NCBI GenBank assembly: GCA_963703505.1
Contig: CAVPEL010000001.1
Span: forward strand, 4,269-68,268
Direction of reading: 5' to 3'
DNA length: 64,000 bases
Source of the DNA: an uncultured Actinomycetota bacterium
Lineage (GTDB): Bacteria; Actinomycetota; Actinomycetes; CAVPEL01
The first letter of the stretch is position 1; each line of letters starts with the position of its first letter. Below are positions 53,244-64,000 of the stretch, piece after piece. The notes beneath the pieces are model-generated. The model was not told the DNA's origin. It ran no database searches and saw only the letters and a list, made by a program, of their open reading frames with translations. The position numbers and the translations under genes were made by a program.

Positions 53244-54021
53244 TCAGCTCAGCGTTCGGTAGTGGGTGGTGAGCGTGCCGGTGTCGTCCAGCACGTGCAT
53301 GGCGAGCGCGGGTGGCCGGTCGAAGTCCAAGGTGTCGGGCGACGGCTCCCACGGCAGGACGAGGGTGGAAGCGACGCTCGGTCCGACGATCAGTGGCACG
53401 CCGGCGAAGGTGGTGGCTGCCGGCGTGTGCGCGTGTCCGCACAGCAGGACGGTTCGGCCGCGGCGCCCATCCAGAACTGCGGCCAGCCGGTCTTCTCCGT
53501 GCTGGCGGATCGGGTCGAGCAGCCCGCTGTGCAGGTTCACCGGCGGATGGTGGAAGCAGACGAACAGCGCAGTCGCCGGGTCTGTCGCCTCGGCGACCTC
53601 CGCCAGCCAGCCGAGCGTCTCCTCGGACAGGTACCCGTCGAGGCGGCCCGGAATCGTCGAGTCGCACAGCGCGAACGTCGCCCGATCGAGCTGGATCAGC
53701 TGGTTGATCGGCGCATCGCCATCGACCCCAGGGCCGCCGGTAGGGCCGTCAGCGTCGACGCCTGCGAGGAAAGCCCGAAACGGCCCGCGCTGGTCGTGGT
53801 TCCCTGGGAGGAAGTAGACCGGCGTTCGCAACTGGTCGAAGACGGTGCGGACCTGGGCGTACTCGGCATCCAACCCGTGGTCGGTGACATCGCCGCTGAC
53901 CACAACCGCGTCAGCCGGCCGGATCAGCGAGTTCAGGTAGTCCACTACCCGCGTTGCTCGCTCCGCGGCGCGGGGGCCGCCGTCGAAGTGAGTGTCGCTC
54001 ACATGGGCGACCAACAGCATG
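53244..54021 (-). CDS. metallophosphoesterase (CpdA/Rv0805-like cyclic nucleotide phosphodiesterase family)
   Basis: VSDTHFD, SGDVTDHG, LPGNHD, FHHPP and CGHAH motifs in order. Confidence 0.85.
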
Positions 54022-54022
54022 G

Positions 54023-54564
54023 TCACGCTCCCGTCGGTGTCGACCGGTAGAGCTGGCACGTCGTGTTGTAGTACCGAGTCGTCGTGCCAAGCTCCGCCAT
54101 GCCCAGCCGGCGGCACACCGCCCGGGACCTGACGTTTTCTGGGTAGGTCACCGCGAAGATCTCCGACAGTCCGAGGTCGAAGCCGTGACGCAGCGCCCCG
54201 GTGGCCGCCTCTGTGGCGTAACCGTTGCCCCAGGCGTCTGGATGCAGGTGCCAGCCCACCTCGATGTCACCGGACGTCGGTGCCGGCTCGCTCGGTGCCG
54301 ACAACGGCAGTTCCTTGAGCATGACTGTGCCGACGATCAAACCCGTGTCGCGCAGCGTCACCGCCCAGGCGCCGAACTGCGGGCTGGTGTTGGCCGACCA
54401 GCGCGCCACCCGCTCGACGGCCTCCGACCGATCCGTCATGACCTGCGGCGCGGCACCGAGGAAGCGCTGCACCTCCCACCGGGAGTACATATCGAAGACG
54501 ACGTCGACGTCGGCGGTGTCCCAGGTCCGGATCGTCAGCCGTTCGGTGTCGTAGATGGTCGACA
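54023..54564 (-). CDS. GNAT-family N-acetyltransferase (RimJ/RimL-like)
   Basis: TERLTIRTW..., VGWHLHPDAWGNGYATEAA and ENVRSRAVCRRLGM. Ends 1 nt before the phosphoesterase start. Confidence 0.85.
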
Positions 54565-54738
54565 TGGCGGCGATCGTACCGGCCCGCGAGCCTGTCAACC
54601 GGTCCACAAGGCCACGCGTTGAACCTAAGAAGGGGCTGAGTTTGTGGCGTAGGAGGTTCGACGGTTCAAGATCAGGGAATCTTCGGGGTGCGCCACCCGT
54701 TGCAGGTACGTAGCAACCCGAATGACCAGGAGGCACCG

Positions 54739-55083
54739 ATGGGCGAGCGAGCGTTGCGAGGCAGCCGTCTCGGCGCTGTCAGCTATGAGAACGACCATGG
54801 CGGCGACTTCGCGCCAAGGCATTCCGCGCACTACACGTGCCCGAGCGGCCACCACTTCAACATCCCGTTCTCAGCCGAGGCCGAGATCCCGTTCACGTGG
54901 GAATGCCGGTTCTGCGGCGGCACCGCCCAGGTCGACAGCGGCGCGCGCCCCGAGCCCAAGAAGTCCAAGCCGGTTCGCACCCACTGGGACATGCTCCTCG
55001 AACGCCGCACGGTGGATGAGCTTGAGGTCGTGCTGGCCGAGCGCCTCGCGGTGCTGAGGTCGAACTCGCGCAAGAGCGCCTGA
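54739..55083 (+). CDS. rbpA: RNA polymerase-binding protein RbpA
   Basis: RGSRLGAVSYENDHG, YTCPSGHHFNIPFSAEAEIPFTWECRFCG, VRTHWDMLLERRT and ELEVVLAERL. Confidence 0.95.
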   Translation: MGERALRGSRLGAVSYENDHGGDFAPRHSAHYTCPSGHHFNIPFSAEAEIPFTWECRFCGGTAQVDSGARPEPKKSKPVRTHWDMLLERRTVDELEVVLAERLAVLRSNSRKSA

Positions 55084-55146
55084 GGTAGATCGTCCGACCC
55101 AAGATCGCCGGGTCACGCCATTGCCCCCCCGATGGCGTGGCCCGGT

Positions 55147-55888
55147 TCATGTCCGGCGACGTGTGCCCAGCGAACGTAGGCCCCACCAGGTGATGCGCCA
55201 CAGTGCCTCGGCGACGATGCCCTCTGCTCATCTTCGACGTCCCGAGCTCGCGCTCGACGAACGTGATCGGTACCTCCACGACGCGGAAGCCCTGCCGCCA
55301 CGCGCGCCACGCCATGTCGACCTGGAAGCAGTAGCCCTGCGAGCGCACCGTGGACAGGTCGATCGCGTCCAGGACCGGCAGCCGGTACACCCGGAAGCCG
55401 CCGGTAGCGTCGTGCAACGGAAGCCGCAGGACCAAGCGCGCGTAGACGTTCCCCGCCCGGCTCAGGGCCATCCGCGTTGCGGGCCAGTTGTGCACCGCGC
55501 CCCCGTCGACCCAGCGCGATCCCAGCACGACGTCCGCCTCTTCCAGGGCTGCCAGCAGCGCCGGCAGCTGCTCGGGCTGGTGGGAGCCGTCGGCGTCCAT
55601 CTCGACCACCGCACCGTAGCCGTGTTCGGCGGCCCAGCGGAACCCTGCGACATAGGCGGACCCGAGACCCTCCTTGGCTTCCCGGTGCAGCACGTGCACT
55701 GCCGCGTCGCCCGCAGCGAGCTCGTCGGCGATCTTGCCAGTGCCATCAGGGCTCGCGTCGTCGGCCACCAAGATGTCGACGTCGGGAGCCGCGGTGCGGG
55801 TGCGACCGATGATCGCGGCGATGTTGTCGCGTTCCTGGTAGGTGGGGATGACGACGAGGACCCGCCCGAAACCACCTCGCTCGCTCAC
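55147..55888 (-). pseudogene. ppm1: polyprenol-phosphate mannose synthase (GT2); one frame change near 55200
   Basis: VVIPTYQERDNI, VADDASPDGTG, VEMDADGSHQP and GGFRVY. The C-terminus GIVAEALWRITWWGLRSLGTRRRT lies in the adjacent frame. GTGA overlap with the lnt stop. Confidence 0.9.
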
Positions 55889-57478
55889 TCCCCCGCCTCC
55901 GTCCGCTGCCGCCGTGACACGACCACACCCGCCAGGACCGCCAGGATGCCAAGACCTGCTAGCGACCACTCGGGCGCCGCGCCGAGCCGATCTGCCAGGG
56001 TCAGCGACGTGCGCAACGGTATCTGCTGGACAAGCGAGTCGGCGGTGAATTCCTGTGTGCGGGCCATGATGTGTCCGTCGGGCGCGATCACCGCGCTGAC
56101 ACCGCTGGTCGCCGCGATCAGGACGGCCCGGCCGTGCTCGACCGCGCGGAGCTGGCCCATCGCGAGCTGCTGCTCGGTCTCGCCCGTGCGCCCGTAGGTC
56201 GCGTTGTTGGTCTGCACCACGATCACCTGACCGCCGTGCGTCACCGCATCGCGCACGATGTTGTCGTACGCCACCTCGAAGCAGATGACGTCGCCGACCG
56301 TCGTCGAACCGAGCTGCAGGACCCCGACCTTCTTGCCGGAGATGAAGTCGTTCGGGATGAGCGTGAACCGCTTGATGTAGCGCTCCAGCACCGAACGGAA
56401 CGGCAGGTACTCACCGAACGGCACCGGATGACGTTTCACGTAGCGTGCCCCGGGCCCGGTGACCGGGTCCCACACGATGCCGTCGTTGCTGACGTGCTTC
56501 GGCCCGGGTCCCTGCAGCACGGCGCCCACCAGGGTTGGTACACCGATCGCCTTGACCGCCTGGTCGATGAGGGCGCCAGCGGTGGGGTCCTGGAACGGGT
56601 CGATGTCGGAGGCGTTCTCCGGCCAGATGACAAAGTCCGGCCGAGCAACAGTCCCGGCGTCCACCTGGGCGGCCAGCCGCTCGGTTTCGTTGACGTGGTT
56701 GCGCAGCACCGCCGACTGTTGGCCCAGATAGTCCAGGCCGAGCCGCGGGACGTTGCCTTGGATGACGGCCGCGGTGACCTGCTTGCCGGCAGTGGGGCGG
56801 GGCACCGACGCACCGGCCAGCGGCACGAGCGCGGCGCAGAGCGAGTGCCACGCCCGCGAGGACGAACCGCCGGCGCACCACTGCCACGGCGACCGCGCAC
56901 AGCGCTGCCCCCGACATCACCACGGCGAACGTGACCAGCGGTGCGCCGGCCAAGGCCGCGAAACCGGTGAACGGGGTGTTGCCCTGGCTGAACGCGACTC
57001 TCCCCCACGGGAACCCGCCGAACGGAAGCCGGTCACGCACCAGCTCCTCGGCCACCCACAGCGCGGCCGTCCAGAGGGGCCACGCGGGCAGCCGCGCAAC
57101 GATCGCCAGGCCGGCACCGAGCCCGGCCAGGTAGAGCGACTGGAACGCCGCGAGCACCAGCCATGCGTCCGGTCCCACCACGTGCAACCACCACAGCAGC
57201 GGCACGAACAGCCCGAGGCCGGCGACGAAGCCAAGGACGGCCCCCTGGCGGGCCGTGCGGCCACGGACGACGAACGTGAGCAGGGCGAGCGCGACCGGCG
57301 CCAGGAACCACAGGCCCACCGGCGGGAAGGCAGCCGCGAGCGTGATGCCGGCGGGCAGCGCGAGGAACAACGACCACGGCAGGCTCAACTGGGATGTGGT
57401 ACCTGAAGGCGGCTCAGGCGAGCGCCGGTGCCGGCCGCGTGGGCCAACGGCACGCGCGAGCGCTGTCGGTGCGCTCAT
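55885..57478 (-). pseudogene. lnt: apolipoprotein N-acyltransferase; one frame change near 56835
   Basis: Polytopic N-terminal half (LPFGGFPWGRVAFSQ) and nitrilase-like C-terminal half (VIWPENA, VGDVICFEVAY, TNNATYG). Confidence 0.9.
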
Positions 57479-57868
57479 GACATGCCTGCCGTCTCCGCCC
57501 GTCGCCCGTCGCACCCCTGCCAGCGCACGTTACCTCGTGCGGGCATCATCGCGGGCACCACCATGGGCGGGCATCGTCAGGTGCCGCACCCTCGGGCAAG
57601 GCCGGACGCCCTTCGGACCGATCAACGACCCGCTGGCTGCGGTTCGATCATCGTTGTCTACTGGGCGTCCGGACCTTCCCGGGTGTCTCACCCCCTACCG
57701 CGCAGTGCACCCCACGCATCGACCCTGCCCTCGCTGGACCTGGTACCCGGGCGAAACGCAGCGTGCTGCGCTTCGCCGTGGGCCCAGCTGGGACCGGAGC
57801 GCTTGGCTTTCCGACACGGCCGTTCACGGTGGACTGAGGGGCAACCTACCTAGTGATCAGGGGCAGTT

Positions 57869-57913
57869 GTCAACGTTCCGTTGACCTGCGCAAACGCTGT
57901 GTTAGCGCAGGTC
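57869..57913. repeat. two overlapping (mutually exclusive) hairpins in the lnt upstream region
   Basis: GTCAACG-ttc-CGTTGAC (57869-57885) and GACCTGCGC-13 nt-GCGCAGGTC (57883-57913) share GAC at 57883-57885. Confidence 0.6.
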
Positions 57914-57963
57914 AGCGCTGTGCGCCGCTGAGGTTAAAAAGTTCTGAGAATCCGGCAAAGTCG

Positions 57964-57994
57964 GCGTGTCGCCTGGACTTCGAGCGTGTCGCCT
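57964..57994. repeat. 11-nt exact direct repeat, 20-nt period
   Basis: GCGTGTCGCCT occurs at 57964-57974 and 57984-57994. Confidence 0.6.
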
Positions 57995-58034
57995 TGGGCG
58001 CCTGCCGAGCGGCGGTATCGAGACCTGCCTGCCG

Positions 58035-59573
58035 TCAGTCAGTACTGAACACGGTTTGACCGCGCACGACCGTGCGCAGACAACGCGGGAGCGGCTCGTC
58101 TGGCACGACCACGGGGAGCACGGGGATGTTCGGCGCCGTCGTGAGGGCGCCGGCCTGCCACACCGCGTAGGTCGCCGGGGCACCCAACGCCAGGGTGCCT
58201 GCGGGCGCCGACTCGCCGGCGGCCAGCCAGCCGCCGGCGGTGTGTGCGGTGAAGGCGTGGTGCACGCTGATTCGTTGCTCGGCACTGCGGTGCCAGGTGG
58301 CGGCGAGCACCGCGCCCCACGGGTCCAGAGCGGTCACCGGCGCATCCGAGCCGAAGGCCAGTGCCATCCCGGCCGCGTGCATGCTCGCGAAGGCGTTCAT
58401 GGACCCCGCCCTGACCACACCGAGTCGCTGGGCGTACATGCCGTGTGGGCCGCCCCAGGCGGCGTCGAAGGCGGGCTGCACGCTCGCGGTCACACCGAGC
58501 CTGACCAGCGTGCGCACGAGGCGCTCGTCGAGCATCTCCACGTGCTCCAGGCGGTGCCGGCCGGCCACCACGGCGGCAGCGCCGATCTCCCCCGCGGCCG
58601 CCTCGAGCCCCGCGACCACGGTGCTCGCCGCACGGTCTCCGATCACGTGGAAGCCGGCCTGTAGCCCGACGAGCGTGCACGCGATGACGTGGGCCCGCAC
58701 CTGCTCGGCATCCAGGTAGCAGGCACCGGCTGTCGGCGCGTCCGCGTAGGGCTCATGGAGCGCGGCGGTGTGCGATCCGAGCGAGCCGTCGACGAACAGA
58801 TCCCCGGCCGCACCGCGGCAGCCCAGACGCCTGGCGGTCTCTACCTCCAGGTACCCGCCCCAGTACCCGATGACTTCCGGGCCCGGCTCGGCCGCAGCCA
58901 GAGTGAGCAGGGACGTCATGTCGTCCTCGCCGGAGATGTCGGGTCCGCCGAGCTCGTGCAGGCAGCCGATCCCCAGTGCGGCCGCCCTAGCCCGGGTGGC
59001 ACGTTGCGCGGACCGGCGGGTGGCGGGTGAGATCGAGCCCAGCGCCGCCCGCCGCAGCACGTGGTGGGCTGCTCGGGTGACGTGCCCTGATGGATCGAAC
59101 CCGTCCTGGCCCCGAGCTTCGGGGACGGCAGCAAGCAGCGCGGAGGACACGACGGCGGAATGCACGTCGGCGCGCGCGAGGTAGACAACCCCGCCGAAGC
59201 TGGCCCGGTCCAGCTCGGTGCGGGTCGGCGGTCGGCGCTCCGGCCAACGGGTCTCGTCCCAGCCGGTGCCGAGCACCACCCGGCCCTGGTTCGCGCGGAC
59301 CTGGCGGGCCAGCAGGTCCAGGGCCTCCGAGAGCGACTGGCACGCCGAAAGGTCGAGGCCCTCGAGCGCCAGCCCAGTCGACGTGGCATGGACGTGGGCG
59401 TCGACGAACGCCGGGGTGACCAAGGCGCCGTCCAGCTCGATGACCTCATCGGCTGGACCGGCCCGCTCCCCCGCGCCGACCCAGGCCACCAGACCGTCGC
59501 GGACGAGCAGGGCGGTGGCGTCGGGGACGTCGGGCGCATGGATGCGACCGCCGCGCAGCAGAGTGTTCGACAT
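58035..59573 (-). CDS. amidohydrolase-family (YtcJ-like, amidohydrolase 3) metal-dependent hydrolase
   Basis: 512 aa, intact. TPAFVDAHVHATSTG (HxH) and C-terminal FGSDAPV. Confidence 0.85.
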   Translation of the reverse strand: MSNTLLRGGRIHAPDVPDATALLVRDGLVAWVGAGERAGPADEVIELDGALVTPAFVDAHVHATSTGLALEGLDLSACQSLSEALDLLARQVRANQGRVVLGTGWDETRWPERRPPTRTELDRASFGGVVYLARADVHSAVVSSALLAAVPEARGQDGFDPSGHVTRAAHHVLRRAALGSISPATRRSAQRATRARAAALGIGCLHELGGPDISGEDDMTSLLTLAAAEPGPEVIGYWGGYLEVETARRLGCRGAAGDLFVDGSLGSHTAALHEPYADAPTAGACYLDAEQVRAHVIACTLVGLQAGFHVIGDRAASTVVAGLEAAAGEIGAAAVVAGRHRLEHVEMLDERLVRTLVRLGVTASVQPAFDAAWGGPHGMYAQRLGVVRAGSMNAFASMHAAGMALAFGSDAPVTALDPWGAVLAATWHRSAEQRISVHHAFTAHTAGGWLAAGESAPAGTLALGAPATYAVWQAGALTTAPNIPVLPVVVPDEPLPRCLRTVVRGQTVFSTD

Positions 59574-59601
59574 GGCAGGAAGCCTTAGTGAGGCATGGTG
59601 G

Positions 59602-60363
59602 TCAGTCGCTGATCGAGCCGACGGCAGCGGCGAAGTCCAGGCCGCGGCTCACCGGGTCGACGCCGGGCAGCGAGGTGGGCTCGGCAAGGAACTGCGCCAG
59701 CATGGTGCGCAAGGCAAGCAATGCCGGCGGGACTGCGGGTGCGGCAACCGGCGGCTCAGGCACGGCCGGCGGCGTACCGGAGGTGGTCTGTGCAGGTCCG
59801 GCGGGCTTGGTGGATGCGGTCGGTTTCGGCGAGGACGAAGCCTTGGGCGCGGTCGTGGTTTTCGGTTTCGGCGAGGCCTTGGGTGCCGGCATCGTGCCAT
59901 TCGCGGCTCGGAACACCTCGGCGACGTAAAGGGTCGCACCAGCGTTCACCACCCCCACGCCGACCTGGGTGTAGCCCGCATCCAGGATGTTCTTCTTGTG
60001 CGGTCCCGAAGCCATGAACATCGTGTGGATCGTCTTCACGTCCGCTCCGTAGCCGACGTTCTCCCCCACCGCCGTCCAGCAGCACAGGCTCCTGCCGAGG
60101 TTGGGAGTGTGGAACAACTTGCCGGCGGCGGCCATCGCGTTCGCCTGCTTCTGGGCGGCCGCGGTGAGGTCGGAGCTCACCGCCAACGCAGGCAGGCCAT
60201 TGGTTGAGCGCGCGCTGTTGATCGCCGTGACGAAATCCCCAGCGGCGGCGGCGTGTGCGGGACCGGCAACAGCTACCCCGGCGAGCAGCAGCAAGAGTGC
60301 AAGGGCGACCGTCAGACATCGAGCGCCAGGGGTGGAGCGACCGGTCGACGCGCGGAGTCGCAT
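59602..60363 (-). CDS. secreted CAP (SCP/PR1-like) domain protein with a Pro/Thr/Lys-rich C-terminal extension
   Basis: Signal CLTVALALLLLLAGVAVAGPAHA. CAP core INSARSTNGLPAL...GENVGYG...SGPHKKNILDAGYTQVGVG. Confidence 0.8.
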   Translation of the reverse strand: MRLRASTGRSTPGARCLTVALALLLLLAGVAVAGPAHAAAAGDFVTAINSARSTNGLPALAVSSDLTAAAQKQANAMAAAGKLFHTPNLGRSLCCWTAVGENVGYGADVKTIHTMFMASGPHKKNILDAGYTQVGVGVVNAGATLYVAEVFRAANGTMPAPKASPKPKTTTAPKASSSPKPTASTKPAGPAQTTSGTPPAVPEPPVAAPAVPPALLALRTMLAQFLAEPTSLPGVDPVSRGLDFAAAVGSISD

Positions 60364-60480
60364 GGAGCACGGGCCCTTCGGTAACGATGCCGCCGGAGCG
60401 ACGCCAAGATTGACCAAGACTACTTTGCCGGTACCTGGTGCCGCAGCCGACTGGCACACTCGCGCGACTCCGCGTTTTTG

Positions 60481-60921
60481 CTACAGCTTGGGTGGGCGGT
60501 CCTCGTAGGGGGTGCTCAGGACGACCGACGTCCGCGTCGACACGTTCGCCGCAGCGCGGATCTCCTGCAGCAACCGCTCGAGGTCACCCGGCTCGGCCAC
60601 GCGGACCTTGAGGATGTAGCTCTCCTCCCCCGCCACGCTGTGGCAGGCCTCGATCTCCTCGATGTGTGCGAGGCGGGCCGGTGCGTCGTCAGGTGCGCCC
60701 GGATCGAAGGGTGTGATCGAGACGAAGGCGGTCAGCGGCAGGCCCGCGAGGTATGGGTCGACGAGCGCCGCGTACCGCTTGATCACACCGCGCTGCTCAA
60801 GACGGCGAACGCGCTGGTGCACAGCCGACGCCGACAAGCCGGTGCGCTTGGCCAGGTCGGTGTAGCTCATCCGGCCGTCACGGGTGAGCAATGTCAGGAT
60901 CTGTGTGTCCGTGTCCTCCAC
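60481..60921 (-). CDS. Lrp/AsnC-family transcriptional regulator
   Basis: ILTLLTRDGRMSYTDLAKRTGLSASAVHQRVRRLEQRGVI HTH plus a RAM domain. Confidence 0.9.
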   Translation of the reverse strand: MEDTDTQILTLLTRDGRMSYTDLAKRTGLSASAVHQRVRRLEQRGVIKRYAALVDPYLAGLPLTAFVSITPFDPGAPDDAPARLAHIEEIEACHSVAGEESYILKVRVAEPGDLERLLQEIRAAANVSTRTSVVLSTPYEDRPPKL

Positions 60922-60943
60922 GCGCTCACCCTATGGTCAACGA

Positions 60944-62089
60944 TCAGTCGCGGGCGAGATGACGGCTGATGACGAGGCGCTGTACCTGGTTGGTGCCCTC
61001 GACGATCTGCAGCATCTTCGCCTCCCGCATGTAGCGCTCGACCGGGAAGTCCTCGACGTAGCCGTATCCACCGAAAACCTGCACCGCGTCGGTGGTGACC
61101 CGCATCGCGGCGTCGCTGCAGAAGAGCTTCGCCATTGCTGCCTGACGGGCGAAAGGCAGGCCCGCGTCACGGCGTCGGGCTGCTGACAGGTACAGGGAGC
61201 GACCTGCCTCGACGGCGGTCGCCATGTCGGCGAGCAGGAAGGCGAGCCCCTCGAAGTCGATCAGTGGCGAGCCGAACTGGCGGCGCTCCTTGGCGTAGGC
61301 CACCGCCGCGTCCAGGGCGGCCTGCGCCAGGCCGACCGAGCATGCGGCCAGCCCGAGCCGCCCTGAGTCCAAAGCGGAAAGGGCGATGGTGAACCCTTCA
61401 CCTTCGGCGCCGAGCCGTCGCTCCACGGGGACCTGGGCATCGTTGAGAATCATCTGCGCGGTGGTCGAGCCGGTGAGCCCCATCTTGTGCTCGGGACGTG
61501 CCGCCACCAACCCGTCGGTACCGGCTGGCACGAGCAGGCACGAGATGCCGTGCGGTCCATCGTCGGAGGTGCGGACCATCACGTTGTAGAAGTCCGCCTG
61601 ACCGCCGTGGGTGACCCACGCCTTGGTGCCGTTGACCAGGTAGCTGGCGCCATCGGAGATGGCGCGCGTGGACAGGGCCGCGGCGTCCGAGCCGGACTGA
61701 GGTTCCGACAGGCAGTACGCCCCGAGCTGGTCGCCGCCCACCATGTCCGGGAGCCACCGCTGGCGCTGGTCGTCGGTGCCGAACGTGGCCAGCGGGAAGC
61801 ACGCCATGGTGTGCACGCTCAGACCGAGGCCCACCGTCAGCCAGGCCGCCGACAGCTCCTCCACCACCTGCAGGTACACCTCGTAGGGCTGGTCGGCCCC
61901 GCCCAGCTCCTCCGCGTAGGGCAGTCCGAGCAACCCGGCAGCACCCAGGGTGCGGAACACCTCTCGCGGGAACCGGGACTCGCGCTCGAACTCACCGGCC
62001 CGGGGCGCGAGCTCGCGGGTGGCGAGATCGCGGGTCAGCGCCAGGAGCTCCGCAGCTTCGTCGCTCGGCAGCACGCGTTCGACAGCCAC
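60944..62089 (-). CDS. acyl-CoA dehydrogenase
   Basis: GAYCLSEPQSGSDAAAL, TKAWVTHG, and C-terminal QVFGGYGYVEDFPVERYMREAKMLQIVEGTNQVQ. The GTG start lies 1 nt after the upstream stop codon. Confidence 0.9.
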   Translation of the reverse strand: MAVERVLPSDEAAELLALTRDLATRELAPRAGEFERESRFPREVFRTLGAAGLLGLPYAEELGGADQPYEVYLQVVEELSAAWLTVGLGLSVHTMACFPLATFGTDDQRQRWLPDMVGGDQLGAYCLSEPQSGSDAAALSTRAISDGASYLVNGTKAWVTHGGQADFYNVMVRTSDDGPHGISCLLVPAGTDGLVAARPEHKMGLTGSTTAQMILNDAQVPVERRLGAEGEGFTIALSALDSGRLGLAACSVGLAQAALDAAVAYAKERRQFGSPLIDFEGLAFLLADMATAVEAGRSLYLSAARRRDAGLPFARQAAMAKLFCSDAAMRVTTDAVQVFGGYGYVEDFPVERYMREAKMLQIVEGTNQVQRLVISRHLARD

Positions 62090-62090
62090 C

Positions 62091-63225
62091 TCAGGTCCCC
62101 ACGACGACGAGTTCGCGCGGGCGCAGGTTAAGCCGCTCGCCACCGGATTCGGTGCAGATCACGATGTCCTCGATCCGCGCACCGTGCCGCCCAGGGACGT
62201 AGATGCCAGGTTCGATCGAAAACGCCATCCCAGGCTCGAGGACCACCTCGTTGCCGGTCACGATGTACGGGCCTTCGTGCGTCTCCAGGCCGATGCCGTG
62301 GCCGGTGCGGTGGATGAAGTACTCGCCGTAGCCGGCGTCGGCGATGACGGCCCGGGTGACCTCGTCGATCGAGCTCGCGGTTGCGCCCGGGCGCACGGCG
62401 TCGCAGCCGGCGACCTGGGCGCGCAGCAGAACCTCGTAGGCCTTTGCTGCTTCCGGTGAGGGCTGTCCGACGGCATACGTGCGGGTGGAGTCCGAGCAGT
62501 AACCCGCCTCGGTGGTGCCGCCGATGTCCACCACGACGGTGTCACCGGCCTCGATCGTGCGGTCGGACAGTTCGTGGTGCGGGCTGGCGCCGTTGGGACC
62601 AGAGGCGACGATCACGAAGTCCACCTGGGTGTGACCCTCCGCGAGGATCGCCTCGCCGAGGTCTCGGCCGACCTCCCGTTCGGTGCGACCGGCCCGCAGC
62701 CACTCCCCCATCCGGGCGTGGACCCGGTCGATCGCGGCACCGGCGCGCCGCAGCTCCGCGATCTCGTCGGCGCCCTTGCGCACCCGCAGGTCGGCCAGGA
62801 CGTGGCCAGCCAAGTGCTGGGTGGCTCCAGGCATCGCGTCGCGGAACGCGAGCACCTGCTCGGCCCACATGTGGTTGGCGATCCCGACTGCCGTCGCCGC
62901 TCCCAGCCGCGCAGCCACAAGCGCGACCGGGTCCTGCGTCTCCTGCCATGCGGCGATCTCGAGCGAGGCGTTGGGGCCGGTCTCGAGCGCGGCCTGCGCG
63001 GTCGGCTGTTCCAGCTCCGGGACGAACAGCACGGGCGTCTCCGGCCGCAGGCAGCACCAGGCAGATCAACCGCTCCGACAAGCGGGCCTGGTAACCGGTG
63101 AGATACCGCAGGTCAGCGCCCGGGGTGATGAGGAGGGCGTCCAACCCGGCTTCTGCCATCGCCGTCTGGGCGCGGGCGAGACGGTCAGCTGGACATTGGG
63201 TGGGATTCGACACAGGGGTCACCAT
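62091..63225 (-). pseudogene. M24-family Xaa-Pro dipeptidase/aminopeptidase P; one frame change near 63040
   Basis: DIGGTTEAGYCSDSTRT, HRTGHGIGLETHEGPY, FSIEPGIY and ARIEDIV metal-ligand motifs. Confidence 0.85.
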
Positions 63226-63294
63226 ACTCAGCGTGACGTCCGTGATGTCCGGGCCGCGACATGACACGCTGACCCCGTGAAACCAAGCCGAGTC

Positions 63295-64000
63295 ATGTTG
63301 CTGGACACCGCGTCGCTGTATTTCCGGGCGTTCTACGGTATCCCCGAATCCGTCCGCGCACCCGACGGAAGTCCGGTCAATGCGGTCCGCGGGCTGCTCG
63401 ATTTCACCGCCCGGCTCATCACCGACTATCGGCCGGACCGGCTGGTGGCCTGCCTCGACGACGACTGGCGGCCGGAGTTCAGGGTTCGACTGCTGCCGAG
63501 CTACAAGGCCCACCGCGTCGCCGAGGACGGCGCCGAGGAGGTGCCCGACGCGCTCACGCCTCAGGTGGACGTCATCTTCCAGGTTTTCGACGCGATCGGG
63601 TTGGCGCGCATCGGCGCGCCCGGCTACGAGGCCGACGACGTCATCGGCACCCTGGCCACCCGGGCGAGCGTCGCGGGTTCACCCGTCGACATCGTGACCG
63701 GTGATCGTGACCTGTTCCAGCTCGTCGACGACGCAGCGGGCACCCGGGTGATCTACACGGCCAAGGGCGTCGCCGGCGCGAACCTCGTCGACGAGGCCGC
63801 GGTCACGCGCCCGCTACAAGATCCCTGGCCGGGCGTACGCCGACTTCGCGATCCTGCGCGGCGATGCGAGCGATGGTCTACCAGGGGTCGGCGGCATCGG
63901 CGAGAAGACGGCCGCCGACCTGATCAACCACTACGGGTCGCTGGACGGGCTGCTGGCGGCGCTCGACGCCGGCGACACCGCGATCGCGTCGGGGCTGCTC
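63295..64000 (+). pseudogene. 5'-3' exonuclease (FEN/Pol I N-terminal domain family), 3'-truncated by the window end; one frame change near 63810
   Basis: [49 protein letters not shown] and [22 protein letters not shown]. Confidence 0.85.

Noticed and set aside
45000-53300. A dif-integrated mobile element (IMEX) bounded by a second, degenerate dif
   Set aside because: I found no second match to the XerD arm TTATGTCAA or its complement in the neighbouring intergenic regions. TTGACAAC at 51190 matches only 6 nt.

Overview
This is a 64-kb segment of a high-GC actinobacterial chromosome (hand-counted coding lines run 65-80% GC). The backbone is the conserved actinobacterial core. It runs tlyA-nadK-recN-steA-mctB-like, then a four-gene envelope module, then pyrG-nudix, an SPFH gene, an MMPL gene, and ald-xerD-parA-like-scpA-scpB-rluB-tyrA-cmk-der-tRNA-Pro. 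After that come a cls-like gene, a nucleotidyltransferase/phosphomannomutase fusion, DUF881-sbp-DUF881, and gcvH-FHA-merR-nuclease-merR-glycine riboswitch-gcvP. On the far side lie rbpA, ppm1-lnt, an amidohydrolase, a CAP-domain protein, lrp, an acyl-CoA dehydrogenase, an M24 peptidase and a 5'-3' exonuclease.

Genes run almost exclusively on + from 0 to 41.5 kb and almost exclusively on - from 53.2 kb onward. In the accessory patch between these blocks there is a 28-bp dif-like XerC/XerD site (45119-45146), so the window most likely spans the replication terminus. Accessory genes around it are a DUF5999/MT0933-like pair, aqpZ, secreted and lipoproteins, a HelD/HelR-like helicase, a DUF222-HNH element and arsR-arsM-MIP-arsC.

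By my manual tally, about 85 single-base frame changes interrupt otherwise well-conserved genes. Roughly 50 of them fall between 27.9 and 39.9 kb. I read these as assembly indels, not decay, and I type the affected genes as pseudogene only in the as-sequenced sense.

The least-explained features are a roughly 0.7-kb low-GC, repeat-rich, non-coding island between rluB and tyrA (24.6-25.3 kb), the translationally coupled envelope module (5967-11759), and a 550-bp structured intergenic region upstream of lnt. I found no CRISPR array, transposase, prophage or recognisable defence system. I cannot point to a convincing complete novel multi-gene system; the candidates are flagged with their limits.
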